This document shows, in pieces, positions 37,940 through 51,606 of a DNA stretch of 64,000 nucleotides. The notes beneath the pieces are model-generated. The model ran no database searches and was not told the DNA's origin. It saw nothing but the letters and a program-made list of their open reading frames with translations. The stretch's first letter is position 1; each line of letters starts with the position of its first letter. The position numbers and the translations under genes are program-made. The stretch is from the NCBI RefSeq assembly GCF_009914755.1, contig NC_060927.1. The stretch is one strand, 5' to 3'. The stretch comes from the human T2T-CHM13v2.0 reference genome, Homo sapiens.

Positions 37940-40107
37940 AATAAATTTTTTACAATTAAAAAACACTGGTAGTAAGTGTAATTTTGGAAGAAATATGACT
38001 ATCTAATATGTAATAATAAAACAGGAGAAGGAATAGAGGTTGAGGATGATTACTTGGTAGTCACAATAATTTTTGTTACTATTTTATTATTATTATTAAA
38101 ATAATAAAATACAGTGTAGCTGTTTAATACTACAAAAAATTTCCAAAAACTATACTGATTTCAAAGGAAAATTGCCCACGGAATTACAGATGAATTAGAA
38201 GGATTCAATGGAGAGAAAACTGTTCATGGTAGAGAGTAACTATTAGATAACTTTTCCTGAGAATACAAAACAAATAGCACTGTGAGTATATAAGGGGTGT
38301 TGTGTTAGCCGTGGAAGGGAAGAAAGTATTGTTCTTTATCTGATAACGTGTCAGGAAACAGGCAATAATACATATTATTTTAGGAGCATTTTTAGATATA
38401 GGGTTGGGAAATTGGCCAGTTTAATGCCATGCAGTCACTGTTTAACTTAGGATGACATGATAATGTCATCACTTGAAATCATAGAAGATTCATATTGGGA
38501 AAATATGTTAAAATTTAGAATAATTTTTGTAGAAATGGAACATGTAGCTAACTCTGAGTGAGTATAGGAATTCGTAGCTAGCTTCAGTGTTTTGGCTTAA
38601 GATTTTTAAAAATATTAAATGTGTTACAGAGAGAAGCCAAAAAATACGTTATATATAATCTTGCTGACACTATTCAGCAGACTGATAAAGTGCAACTACA
38701 GATTACCTTTTATGTGTAGGAAATGCACACAATAGGTGAGAAAATTATGCTATTTTTAAAACAAGGAAATCTTACAGCCAAAGTTGACACCTTTACATAA
38801 TGAGTGGAAATTTTATGCACAATCATTTGGAGCTAATCGAGCCCATGAAGTCACATAGTCACATGAGATATGCTATGTCACAGTTTCAGTGCCTGGCAGA
38901 CAGTTATGGAAACACACGGATAGTGAATTTATGTTGACAGTAGCACTTGGGAATTAAGTACTGAAATTCTACCACTTCATAATTGGATTTTGGCACCTCC
39001 TCTTAATCTCCTCTGGATAAAACATAGCACTACTAGCAAGTGGCATACTACAGTGTTACTTGGAGCTTTGTTAAGTAGCAAATTGCTGCTGACACTACTG
39101 GTATTTTTAGTACTTAGGGAAATGCACAATAAAATTGAGATTAAAACAAATAGAGTTAACCTAAAATGTGGCAAAAAGAAAAAAATGTCATTCTAGTAGG
39201 AAACTATTAATAACTAGACTTTGCTATTTTGTAGTAAATAATCTATTATGTTGAAAGCTATTTAATAATGGATTTTATATTGGAACTTTGTTGTTTTTAT
39301 TGCTTCTGTAGTTTCAAATGAAACGTGACTAATGATAACTTTAGTTCTTTCAAATATTAGTAAAACAACCAAGAAGTACATATTAGTAACATATTTTAGA
39401 AATACCTTGCAAAAAGTCAAGATGTTAAAAAAAGATCAGGCTGCTTGCAGCTATGTCTTTCTAGTCATGGTCAGAACTACTTAAGGCTATAGAGCAAAAA
39501 GGAGCTAGCCTGTCTCTGTTTATTCATGATGCTTAAGGCTATTTGTTAAGCATAGAAGAGTGGCTCCAAACCTTTATTTTAGGTGGATGTTAGATGGGTT
39601 CACTAAGGATTATGGCCCTGAAGTCAAGTGTTGAGTGGCAGTACATACAGGGTGATAAAGAATTTAAACTCAGAGGGTATGATTATTTATTATTATTTGT
39701 AACATATTTAAACCATCTTGCCTCATGATTTTGTGTCACTGATATACTCAACATTAAATTCTTAATGAGTTTTAGATGATGTTCTTTTGCTGAGTTATGA
39801 TATTTACAATTTATTTTATAATATGTTGACATACAACAGGATTTGGGGGACAAATTTTAAAGTTCTACATAAAGTCCTTAACTTCATTTTTAATAGGATG
39901 CTTTACCCTAAATTTTAGTCAACCATTTATAATAACAGATGCTCAGAGATTCCCTAAGTGGCATTTATCAGCAACTCTTCTTCCAAAATATTCTTATAGC
40001 TATGAAGAGAGGAAAGATGGCAGGTGTCATGGAAAGACACATCAACTGTGCTGTTGGTTCTTAGTTTATTGAATGTCTTGAAATTAAAAAAGGTACAGCT
40101 GCTAGGT

Positions 40108-40690
40108 CATAACATCTATAAGGAAATTAAACAAATTTACGAGAGAAAAGCAAACAACCCCATTGAAAAGTGGATAAAGGACACGAACAAACACTTTTCA
40201 AAACAAAACATACATGTGGGCAACAAGCACATGAAAAGAAAAGCTGAACATCATTGACCATTACAGAAATGCAAGTCAGAACCACAATGAGATACCATCT
40301 CATACCAGTCAGAATGGATATTACTAAAAATTAAAAAAAAAAACAGATGCTGGAGAGGGAAACAAAAATGGAGCTGGAGGCCATTATCCTTAGCCAACTA
40401 ACACAGGAACAGAAAAACACATAGCACATGTTCTCACTTATAAGTGGGAGCTAAATGATGAGAACTCATTAACAGAAAGAAGGAAACAACAGACACTGGG
40501 GTCGACCTCAGGGTGGAGAGTGGGATGAGGGAGAGGAGCAGAAAATATAACTATTGGGTACTGAGCTTCCTTAATACCTGGTTGATAAAATAATCTGTGC
40601 AACAATCCCACATGACACTAGTTTACCTATACAAGAAACCTTCACATGTACCTAAAATAAAACCTAAAATAAAAAAAAGAAAAAGAAAAT
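40108..40690 (+). mobile_element. 5'-truncated L1PA13-16-like 3' end with internal deletion
   Basis: accacaatgagataccatctcataccagtcagaatgg; ttctcacttataagtgggagctaaatgatgag; A-rich tail. Confidence 0.88.
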
Positions 40691-41660
40691 AGCTATTGCC
40701 GTACCTGTAAATAGATGACTAAAAGTGAAACTCTTCTTTGTGATAACCCACAATGGAAAAGGAGCAAAGTATTATCCATATTTTGGCAAGTTTCAGAATC
40801 AATTCTCCATCAAATATCCTCCACTCCAACCCAACACAATAAACAACAGAAGGAAAAAGACTTTGAAATGTAAAACTGGGACTCTTTCAGAGGTTCTTTA
40901 TACATCTGGAGAGAAAGGAAAACATTTACAGAAGTCAGTTATAGTTAATTTATTTTACAATAGGACGTCTTCATAAAAGTATGTATTTTTATTTAAATAT
41001 ATGGTAACTAAATACATGAGAATCTAAAAAAAATTTAAATGAACTTTTAAATAGATTATGTATATAATGTACAGCAAGACAGAAACAAATATTTATAGTC
41101 CAAGAGAATGAATGTTGCTGAATTTCAGCTTGTTTTGGTAGTTCATCACATTATTGCAAAAATAGCAGCAATTATGTTAATAGCCCTCTTCATAACAACT
41201 GTAGTTGATAAATGACATCAATTTCATGGTGTCCAGACAAGAATTTAAATTTCTTTTTTGGGGCTCCATAATTCAGACCACAGTGAAATTCTGAAATTTT
41301 TGCCTATCTTCATATTGTTTTCTGACTCTTCCTGGGCATCTAGCTAGCTGTATCTGTGAAATATTGTGGAAAGCACTTTGTTCATGGCTTTTTATAATTG
41401 TTCAGTTCTCAGTTGAATTATCTTCTCCTCAGGGATGTCTTCCTATAATCACATGTCCAAAAATATCCCAGTTATTCTTTCTATATCTCTATAAGGATGA
41501 AGAGAAGTCCATCTATAAATTTTATGTTTATTCTCCTATAAATTACTTATTTTGCTCACTGAAGAATCCATTGATTTTTAAAATGTCTTTAAAGTCTGCA
41601 TATTATGTATTTGCTATCGACCTGTTTATAAAAGTTGTTTTTTACATTTATATATTTTGG

Positions 41661-41778
41661 TTTTGTTTCTTTGTTTTTTTCGTATTAGGCAATGTGCTGA
41701 AGTCCTAAGCTTTGAGGGAGGCACATCTCATACATGAGCATGAAAACTCATATATCACACTTATGAACCACAAAAGTA
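41661..41778 (-). pseudogene. U13 snoRNA (SNORD13) retropseudogene with A-rich tail
   Basis: Reverse complement cttttgtggttcataagtgtgat...catgtatgagatgtgcctccctcaaagctt...cagcacattgcc matches recalled U13, followed by an A-rich tract. Confidence 0.85.
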
Positions 41779-41899
41779 CCTCATTTTTTAATTGTCTATT
41801 CATGTCAATGAGTTTATCTTTTGAAATTGATTTGATTATCAGGATCTATGAATGAAACTACCGATTTTTTTTGTTTCACTTGCCCCATCAAAATGCATT

Positions 41900-42440
41900 T
41901 TATCCACAATAGCAACAATCTCCTTTGAAAAAATAAGCAAATACCACCTAGTAGCGCTCTCATTCTCTTAGACTAAACTCCAACTCCACAGCATTTACTA
42001 CAGAGCACTGTGTGATATGGCCCCCACCAACTTGTTGACAATATACTTTATTGCAATCAAGACACATGAACCTACTTTCTGATTATAAAAAATAGTAAGT
42101 TCATTTTTATGTTGGGAGATTTCCAATTGCACATTCCTTTGTCTAAAATTATTTTCTTCTACATATTTACATGACAAGCTGCCTCTCATAATTTAGTTTT
42201 AGCTGAAATAATTATATCTTCTTTTACGTCCTACCTGAAATCCTTTCCAAAGTAAAATGTGCCCCGTTTTGGGGAATGCTCTCTGTCAAAATCCTCTTTG
42301 TGTTTCACCATTACACAATCATATTTACCTGAATTCACCATTGCCTATTTAGAAGGTGCACCTTGCTCTCCTTATTCCCTATTATATTCCCAGTAAAGAG
42401 AATATTGTATTAGAGGTCTCATTAAATATTTGGTGAATGC
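41900..42440 (+). mobile_element. Degenerate L2 3' fragment
   Basis: L2-like motifs ending ctcattaaatatttggtgaatg. Confidence 0.55.
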
Positions 42441-42599
42441 TGTTTCTTTCTTCTTGGATAACATGAATAAAAACACTAACTTTATTCTTAAATACAGATT
42501 TATGTAAGCTCACTTTATTTCACTAGAAATAATGTCAAGAAGGAGTAAAGTGTCATCATCATTCATGGAAGACCCAGGAGTGACAAGCTAAAAATTTAA

Positions 42600-42720
42600 T
42601 GTTTTGTGTGTAATTTTCAAAACAGCCCTATGATAAAGGCATTGCTATTTCATTTTAACAAAATTGGGTACATGATGCTGTGAGAAATTAAGTAAGTCTA
42701 AATTCAGAAATTGCCTCAAG
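42600..42720 (-). mobile_element. MIR fragment
   Basis: aacagccctatgataaaggcattgctatttcattttaacaaa...tgagaaattaagtaa. Confidence 0.5.
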
Positions 42721-43715
42721 CTCTATTTGAAAAATTGATGTTTGTTACACAATTCTAATTCTGTCTATGAAAAAGTCTGCATCATGCTTATTTTTAGTAT
42801 TCTGTAACATATATAGCAAAATAAAGATTATAATAGTCATTGTTCATATATAATTTTGTGACAGCAGAAAGCAGTATAATCAAATGTAAGAATATCAGTT
42901 CATAAGGGATATTTGTGTTTATCAGTTTTAGAAGTAATATGATCTGCTTAGTCACAAGGTCATTATTAGAAAGTTAAATATTTTAAAGTGAAATCGTTGG
43001 TTGGCTAGAGCTACACAAAGCATGCTAATGACCTCTACTTATTTGAGAAGTTCAGTGACATAATACATAATACCCATTTATATTCTGCTAAAACCTTCTA
43101 GTTATTTAGTTGTACGAATACTGACATACTCTTAGTGGAGTAAAATTTTATAGTAAAAACAGCCACCACAATTAGTTTTCCAAAAAACTAGTTTACAAAA
43201 ACTATTATATTTTATATAATGATCATGTTGATGATTTAACTTACAAGAACAATGCAAGAGTCTCACATATTTTTCAAACTCAAAAAGTACAAAAATGCAC
43301 CTGTGAATAACAAGTGATGAATCAAAGACAAGTGGGGAAATAAAACAAACACACAAGAACAACAGCAAAGGGAAAAATAATTTGTTGTGGTTTTTGGGCT
43401 GATTTATTGGATACATTTCTGAAGTACCATAAAATTATTGGACATATATAAAGTGTATTGTGGGTGATCAGATTTAAATGTATCTGCTGATGTATTAGTT
43501 GAGTAATGCATTGTGCTTCAGAGATGTTTCTCCTAATTCTCTGTGGCATAGAGTCTGCTATTCCATTTATTGGAATAGAAAACTGACTTCTTGCAGCAAA
43601 AGACTTTAGTTGAGAAACGTAATTGCTTCAGTATCAGTCAATAACATTTAATCTTACTAGGTTCCTTGAATTTCTAGGTTTGCTCCTTCATTTTTGGATA
43701 CTAGTCAGAACATCT

Positions 43716-43763
43716 TCCTGGAAGATTTTGTCCTGGAAGATTTTGTCCTGAAAGATAATTGTC
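43716..43763. repeat. 15-bp tandem repeat, about 3 copies
   Basis: tcctggaagattttg twice plus a degenerate third copy. Confidence 0.9.
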
Positions 43764-44004
43764 ATATCTCTTTTAAGAGCTCTCCTTTAGACTTTCTTCT
43801 GAAGAAAATTTCACGTTCTCTGTGCCAATGGGTTATTTTTTTTCTTTTTATCAGAACTTCCCCATTGTATGTTACACCTTATGTGGATATTTTTCTCTCC
43901 CTAAATTTTTGCAAAGCTCTAATTCAGACAGAAGTTCAATTCTGAAATGTGCATGTCTGGAGATAACTTCTAATATTAACTGTAGAATTATGTACAATGA
44001 ATGA

Positions 44005-44190
44005 CTCTAATTCATTTAGTCACTCCATAAAAAATGATCGAGCATCTAATGTATGGCAAACACAGTGTGAAGGACTATGAATTCGAAAGTCACTTTTATT
44101 TGGGCCTGACTATCTTGGAGCTTCAGCTGGGAGGGGAAAGAAACTCTTGCAAGATAGTGTTTTATGTACTATGAGAGAAGTGTTTGGCAT
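44005..44190 (-). mobile_element. L2 3' end fragment
   Basis: ttcatttagtcactcc...gagcatctaatgtatggcaaacacagtg. Confidence 0.5.
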
Positions 44191-47100
44191 GTTCTGTTTA
44201 AATAACTCAAAGAGGACAACAAAATGTAAACAATGACTAAAAATTTAATTAACTTTATTTTTTCCTGGCTGATTACCAAATTATAAAGAAATACATCATA
44301 GCTAAACCAATTAATTTATAATTTCAATATATTTGAAATGTCCTACAATGGTTTGTTATTCAGTAAAAGCTCATTAAATATTTCTTCAAGTAAAGTATAA
44401 TTATAAAGAAGATGACACTCATTTATTGATGCTGTAAATGTGAATGTTAGTTAATACAGCTAATTATGACTGAAGGTGAGTTATTGCTGCACCATCTGTT
44501 CTTAGCACCTCACCTCTCACTTACTGGAGTCTCAGAACTCAGAACAAAATTTGGGAAATTCTGACCCAGGAGATTTTTTCCGGAATTTCCCTCAGACAAA
44601 ATAATATAACACAATAAAACACACTATAACAAGCCTATTTAGTTTTTTGCTCTTTTTTTTTTAATTAGGAGTCAAAGTTGACAATTATATGATATTTCCA
44701 TGTCTTATATGTAGGCAAAACAGATTAAGTTATTGATTAATAATCTGTAAGGTCTGGTTTTCTTTTAGCTCACCAATCTGATAGTTCAATCTGAGATCTG
44801 ATTTTAGCTACTGCCTCCTTTTGAAATGGTCAATTTTATTCTTTTAGGATCGGACTCAAACTGGGTATATGTATTAGGAACCCACAGAATGCTTCAGTGT
44901 TTTTTTTGTTCCTGTCTGGGAGAAGAGGGAGAAGAGAATAAGTAGTTGTGTTTGTTAGCATGTGGGTATAGTAAAAATAGCTTCCTTAAACTGGGAAGTA
45001 GAGAGGAATGGTGAGAGACCTCAGAAAGAGAGAATTGAGTCCAGGATAAAAGATTTGAAATGCTAGCTTTCCTGAGACTTTGAATTTAATTTGTGGCTAC
45101 TGTACCTGATGGTAAACACAGCCATATGGTAGAGGGTGACTGAAGAGAATGACCTGGGTTTGGACTGGGAAGCAGGAAGGCTGTTTTAGAAATAATCTTT
45201 ATATATCTGCTACATTACCAAGAAGAAAATGGTAGATTATATTTACGAGAACATGTCTGTAGGTATTAAAGAAAAAAACAGCTTCAAAGCATCTGAATAT
45301 CAAGTTATGTAAAGGGAGGCATTACTATTCTATTATATAATCGATCTCAGTGAAGAAACACTTATTTTTAACAAACTGTATTCTTCAATAATGGGAATAT
45401 ATTAATTACAGTGTTTCAACATCTGCAGATCTCATATTTGAATATTTTGAAAGTACACATTCTTTATTAGCTAGGTGATTTATTTGGTTGCCTTAGTAAA
45501 CAACAAACAACAGTGCCTTAATTAAGAGAAAACCCTCATTTTCTCAATTATACAAAAGTTTAAGCTAACAGGTGGCCCGCAGGATAGGGCACCTGAACTA
45601 CCAGAGGTCACACAGGTACACAGTTTCCTTTTACCTTCTTCCTTCATCATCTTCATCTGCAAGGCCAAGGCTGGTCCATTAGCACCCCTTCTCATACTAG
45701 TGATCAGGATGGGGAGGAGAAAAAAGCTTCCCCTGAAGGATGTAATTGAAAAATTTTACATATCATTTTTCCCTCATATCTCATTGAGTAGCGCTAAATT
45801 ACACATTAAGTCTTTCCTGCAAGAGGGGCTGTTTTTGCTAGCTAGGTAGCACTAAACACAGCATAATTTGTTCTTACCTTACTAAGTGAAAGGAAGAAAA
45901 ATGAATATTGAGATAAAACTACACATCTCTATGCTACTTCCATGAAATTAGAAAAAAAAATGAGGCCTATGATATTATTTGGTATATTTTACCTCGTTAA
46001 ACAAGACACAAAAATACATACTACTCTTCTAAGGAATGCAGTTTTAAAATTACTAAAAATTCCTTGTTTAAAAAAATCTGATGTTTGTCAATGAATTTAT
46101 TACTAAAGAATTATTAAACATATTATAATATTCCCATACTGCTATTAAAGTTATTTGTAGTTCAATTTTAAATATAATAAAAATAAATGGCAAAAATGTA
46201 GTTAGCTTGCCAAAAAGCATTTAAGATTCTGAGACAGAATGATACCTAGGATACCGATATGTAATCTCTTTATTTTTAGGTTATTTCAGAACACAAAACT
46301 CCCAACTATCTATGTAGCAAGTTATATGCATGAACTTATAAGGATTCAGACATTTTAAAAATATTATTTTTATAAAACTGACACAAATCTAAAGAAAACC
46401 TAGTAACATACACTAAAAAATTAAAAGTAGCATGTTTATATCTTTTCTTTTATCTTTTACACAGGAAGATATACAAATGTCACTTCCTTTTCACATTCAA
46501 TAGAAAAGTGGCTAAAGGTAGTAAAAAATGTACCACCAAAGCATGAGAAAAACATACAATAAAAACAACTGTATTATTAGAAATAAATTATTATAATATG
46601 ATTATATATAAAAAAATTCTGGAATTTCTTATTGATCAGTTATGCTCCTAACCTGTACTTGATAGAGTAAATATAATTGCTTTGTATTAGAAATATTTTT
46701 CAGTCTATCAGCTAACACACTTGAAACATAAGCATTTTTCTCTGACATGTATATTTTAAAAACTGTTGTGGTACTTTTCTTATACATACAGCTTAACATA
46801 CACACATATATGCCACATGTATGGTTTGTATTATATAAAACATAATAAAATTAAATATATTACTTAACTGAAATTTCAATAGTATATCTGTAAATTATTT
46901 CATTCTTGCTTTCCAGATATATGGAGCACAGTTCTTTCTTATCAGAGCGATTGAAACGGAAGAAATGAGGACAAATAAATTTTTGATTGATGTTGCTTTA
47001 AATTCAGGTTCTCCAACATAAATATTAATTGGCCTTGTTTAATTATTTCCAGACTGTTCTAGTTATCTTTAATATTATCCATGGGACTAATATGTCCAGA

Positions 47101-47649
47101 TGATTTACCGTCCTAATCTCACTACCTCTTTCATTAGTTCCAGCATTAGTTCCTCTTACTTCACAATCAGAAAATAAAATAAAAATGGATAAATTTATCT
47201 GTACATTCATCCACATTTTACTCCAACTATAACAGATATTATTTCTCATGTGTTAAAAAGTTAATGTTGTTGATTAATCTTATTTCCCTTGCATTTTCAA
47301 AATTCCGTCTCAAATATCTGCATGACATCAGCATTAAAAAAAGATTCTTCAAAGCTTCAAAACAAAGTTAAGAATTTTGTTTTTAAGAAAGCATGCTCAG
47401 TTTTGCCTTTTATTACTTGCTGTCTTAACTTGTCCTAATTTTGCAAATTGTCCTAATATGTACCAATGAATAAAGAAACATGTTCTAATAACATATTCTC
47501 AAAGTTCACAGTTAAAAATTTAAAATAATAACTATTGCCAGTCATAGAAGAGCCAATTATTTCAAATGCACACCCACAAGACAACTTTAAACATGTGTTT
47601 TCTCCACTTCAACTCACTTTTGCTCTTGAACACACTTTCTTTTGCCCCG

Positions 47650-47885
47650 TATAAAAATAGAACCATTCTCCAATGCTCTCTAGTACATTGCATTACTTTT
47701 TAAAAACACATTAATACTTACACCTTTCTTTATTTTCTGCCTTTCCATCCACAATCAAATGTAAGTACCATGAGAAAAAGAACTTGATGCATTTATTCCC
47801 TCAGCACACTCATCTCAAAAAGTTTGTTTTGCATGTAACTGCTTGATATTTATTTGCCAAATAAATGAATAAAAATAAATGAAGT
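47650..47885 (+). mobile_element. L2 3' end fragment
   Basis: aatgtaagtaccatgagaaaaagaac...atatttatttgccaaataaatgaata. Confidence 0.5.
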
Positions 47886-48807
47886 TTATTCTTTTCCTCT
47901 GGTGAGGTAAATGATAGAGTTAAGTAATATTAAAATGAAAAAGGTTCTCAGCAATCATTTAGTCATATTGCCAATGCCATACAAGTAAATGCGTGATCAG
48001 GGAAATCAAGGCAATTGCTAATATTTAAGTTTTAGTGGATTTCAATGATAAACAGTTTAATAATTTTAGTATATTTTCTGAATGACCTTGAAGTTAAATT
48101 CTCAGTTCCTTCTAATTGAATGTGATTATCTCCAATTCTATATATAAATCACATTTCCAATCCTGAATATACATGTTAATAGTAAGAATATATTTGTGTA
48201 ATATGTAAGGATCCTGACTATCATCAAGATTTTATTTCAATTTGATCTAGCTGTTGATTATCTCTTCCAGTTCATATTTGCTTCATCTATTTGTATTTAT
48301 ATTTCTATTTTTGTAAACTATTGAGTAAATTTCTATTACATTATCCAATCCATAAACAAGGAAATGGGAAGTAATTTGTATGTTTTATCTCAGTAAAAGT
48401 CTGGAATATAGGAGTTACATTTTTTATTTCACTGAATTTCAATCAGCTTGGATGTAGCAACTGTTGATTGACCTGAATAAAGTGTACCTCTCAACAAGTT
48501 GATTTAAGTCTACTTTGCTGCTACAAAAGATTCTAAAATATGTGCTATTTTAGACAACCATCTGGTCCCCTAAATTCAAAACTTTACTTGACTGCAGTCT
48601 TAGGAAACAAACTTTTTGTTTCTAATTAAATCATGTTTTACTCTGTTGTACATAAAACTTGAAATGTGGCAAGTATTTTTTGGTTTCAACTTATGTGAAT
48701 AATTTTTTGTCATGAATCTTGCCTGAGGTAAGCACACAGAACAGTTAGTAGGAAATCAATCATAATGAATAACGGGGCTTAGATTTCTCAAAGTGTTACA
48801 AAAAGTA

Positions 48808-48863
48808 GGAAGGAAGGAAGGAAGGAAGGAAGGAAGGAAGGAAAAGGAAGGAAGGAAGGAAGG
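48808..48863. repeat. (GGAA)n microsatellite
   Basis: About 13 units with one interruption. Confidence 0.95.
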
Positions 48864-49373
48864 ATTTATTGTAGTGTATTGTAACCATTTTTTTATTAGT
48901 CAGTGGCAAATTTTCTACTAAAATGTGAAAAATGACTAATTCAAGATTTCTGTAAATTACTAATGCTGTCATACCACCTTTTTGGGCCTCTAATCTCATG
49001 AAGTTTCTTTCAATGAAGTTTAGTGAAAATACTGATATTTTTGTTATTCTTTCAATGACAAGGACAATTCTTTTCAGCATTGAAGAGATAACTAGAGGCT
49101 GCTGAACAATCATGGCTCTGCAATATGAGACATACCATATTATGTTTCCAATGGTGTTGTTCGGTGGTGACTTCTATTAATGCTTTCAGTAAAACACTTG
49201 GAATGTTCTTTGAAGGGTTTATGTATTACAGAAGTATTTATAAAGTGCATATTGTGGCATGCCATGTATCAGAAGTTAGAGGTATAGAGTTAAATAAGAT
49301 TGACGTAGTATTTGTTCTCAGGAAAGAGTCTATTTGATGAAAGAGCAGTTTCTGACTCAACTCTTAAATTTAG

Positions 49374-49768
49374 TGTATTATTCCATTTTCACACTGCTAT
49401 AAAGAACTGCCCAAGACTGAGTAATTGATAAATGCAAAAGGTTTAATTGACTCACAGTTCCACATGGCTAGGGATGCCTCAGGAAACTTACAATCATGGT
49501 GGAAGTCAAAGGGGAAGCAAGGAGTTTCTTCACATGGTGGCAGGAGAGAGAAGAGTGAAGGGGGAAGAGACCTTTATAAAACCATCAGCTGTCATGAGAT
49601 CTCACTGACTATCACAAGAACATTATGGGGAAAACCACCTCTTTGATCCAATCACCTTCCTCCCTTGAGATGTGGAGATTATAACTCAAGATGAGATTTG
49701 GGTGGGGACACAAAGCCTAAGTTGTCATTCTGCCCCTGGCCCCTCCCAAATCACATGCCACTTTCACT
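49374..49768 (-). mobile_element. THE1/MSTA 3' LTR (49374-49727) plus polypurine tract and a stub of internal sequence
   Basis: tgtattattccattttcacactgctataaag...gagatttgggtggggacaca, then ttctgcccctggcccctcccaaatc. Confidence 0.9.
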
Positions 49769-50046
49769 TGTGCCAATCACCAACTTTTGGCCAATCAAAT
49801 GTAGCCAACTGTTTGAAACCTGTTCAAATAAGGAAAACATCAAACTGTAACCAATCTACCTGTTTCTGTACCTCATTTCCATTTTCTATATGTTACTTTT
49901 CTTCTTTTGTCCATAAATCTTCCACCACGTGGCTGTGCTGGAGTATTTGAGCCTACTCTGGCTTGGAAGACTGCTTGATTCATGAATAATTCTTTGCTCA
50001 ATTAAACTCCTTTAAATTTAATTTGGCTGATGTTTTTGTTTTATCA
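49769..50046 (+). mobile_element. MER57-like ERV1 LTR, 3' portion
   Basis: tgttcaaataagg...ctgtaaccaatc...tttgctcaattaaactc...ttttatca. Confidence 0.8.
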
Positions 50047-50059
50047 AGGTGGTGTCTTC

Positions 50060-50632
50060 AACAGCATTCTGTCAGTAATGGACAGTTCCAGCAGTTAGAA
50101 AATCAATAAGGACATGGTTGAACTGAATGGCACCATCAATCAAATATCTCTAATTGACATATATACAATACTTTATACAACAGTGTCAGAACACACATTC
50201 TTCTCAATCTCACATGGAATATTCACCAAGACGGATCACATTTGGGACCATAAAATGCAACATAACAAATTTAAAAGAACAGAAATCACACAAAATATTA
50301 TCTCAGACATAATGAAAATAAACAAACATCAATAACAGAGAGATAGCTTAAAAAATTCCAAATACTTAGAAATTAAACAAAATACTTCTAAGCAACACAT
50401 GGATCAAAATAAGTCTCAAGAGAAATGTTAAAATATTTTGAACTAAATGAAATTAAATGTATAACTTAAAATTTGTGGGATGCAGTTATCTTTGGAATCT
50501 AGAAAAATAAAAGCAAATTAAGCACAAAGTTAGGAGAAGAATAGGAATAAAACTCAGAGCAAAATCTAATGAAATTAAAAACAGTAAACTAATAAAATGT
50601 CAACAAAATCAACAGCTCAAAATATCAATAAA
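50060..50632 (+). mobile_element. Old L1 ORF2 endonuclease-region fragment
   Basis: ORF 50114-50335 (LIDIY...HTFFSISHGIFTKTDH). Confidence 0.8.
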
Positions 50633-51606
50633 CTAGAGAATAAGCTAGTTATGCTACATACTAGAGGAGTAGTATTCTAAACAGAGGGAACCGTGTTAAG
50701 GTAGTATACTAAAAAGGATGACCAATTTTTAAATAAAAGTAAAGAAGTTACTGTGTTTAGAAGTTTAGTGTGGATAATGAAAGTGTAGATCAGGAGCCAA
50801 GTCATGTACTGCCTTGTAGGAAATGGTAAGGAGTTAGCATTCTGTAAGTGAATTCAAAAGAACTTTGAAAATTTTAAGTGATCACATCACTTGCTTTACA
50901 TATTTTTACAATCTTTCTGACTATACGGTTAAAAATGATTAAAGACGGACATGTTTAGGAGCAAAAGAGAAGTAATTTGACTTTTGAGAAGGTTGGTTGA
51001 AAATGACAGGGACGTATATGTTGGGGTGGTAGTCAAGGTGAAAAACAAGCTAATGTCTTAGAGATAAAATATTATGGAGAATACATTTCTACGAGCATAC
51101 TGCTTAATTCTAAACTCTTAATTTAAAGAGGAACCATCAAATTATACTTCAAAAAGAATTACAAAATTATATTTCAACCAATAATGTGTTAATAACGGTT
51201 ATCAGTATTATTTATCATTATTTATGTCTCTAATTTTACCTTCAAAATTTAATGGCTCTATCTTCCACAGCAAGCAGTTAAAGTTGAACTTATTTAATTT
51301 GAGTGAAATCCTCCTATAGCCATCATGCCCATCTTTTAGGTATTTGTTCACATACCCCATGATTTCCGTGGTCAACTTCTGTAATAATGTGCAGTGTCCT
51401 AAATTTATATCCTACAGATGCTCCCATGAGAGCTTGGAAAATTTAAATTATCTGAGCTTAATTCATCATCTGTAAAACTGTAACAAAGAAGTTATATCTT
51501 CCCTATTTATAATGTGGTTTTAAGATATTGAAAGTAGTTTCTAATAGTAAGAGAAAAAAATGATAGAAAGTAATTATTTATAAAATAATTTTAGAATAAG
51601 ACCTTA

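Noticed and set aside
38451-38470. 8-bp stem hairpin gatgacat-gata-atgtcatc
   Set aside because: Short enough to arise by chance and has no supporting context
43716-43763. Short direct repeats as a CRISPR-like array (also 4740-4817 and 58303-58330)
   Set aside because: Only two or three adjacent copies without unique spacers, in eukaryotic DNA; these are slippage duplications
46895-47010. Plus-strand acceptor ttcttgctttccag as a coding exon
   Set aside because: No convincing donor or recognisable protein; similar isolated splice motifs near 48727, 60527 and 62326 are expected by chance
38000-49300. Short ORFs in AT-rich unique sequence
   Set aside because: 60-115 aa, compositionally biased, mostly non-ATG starts, no recognisable domains
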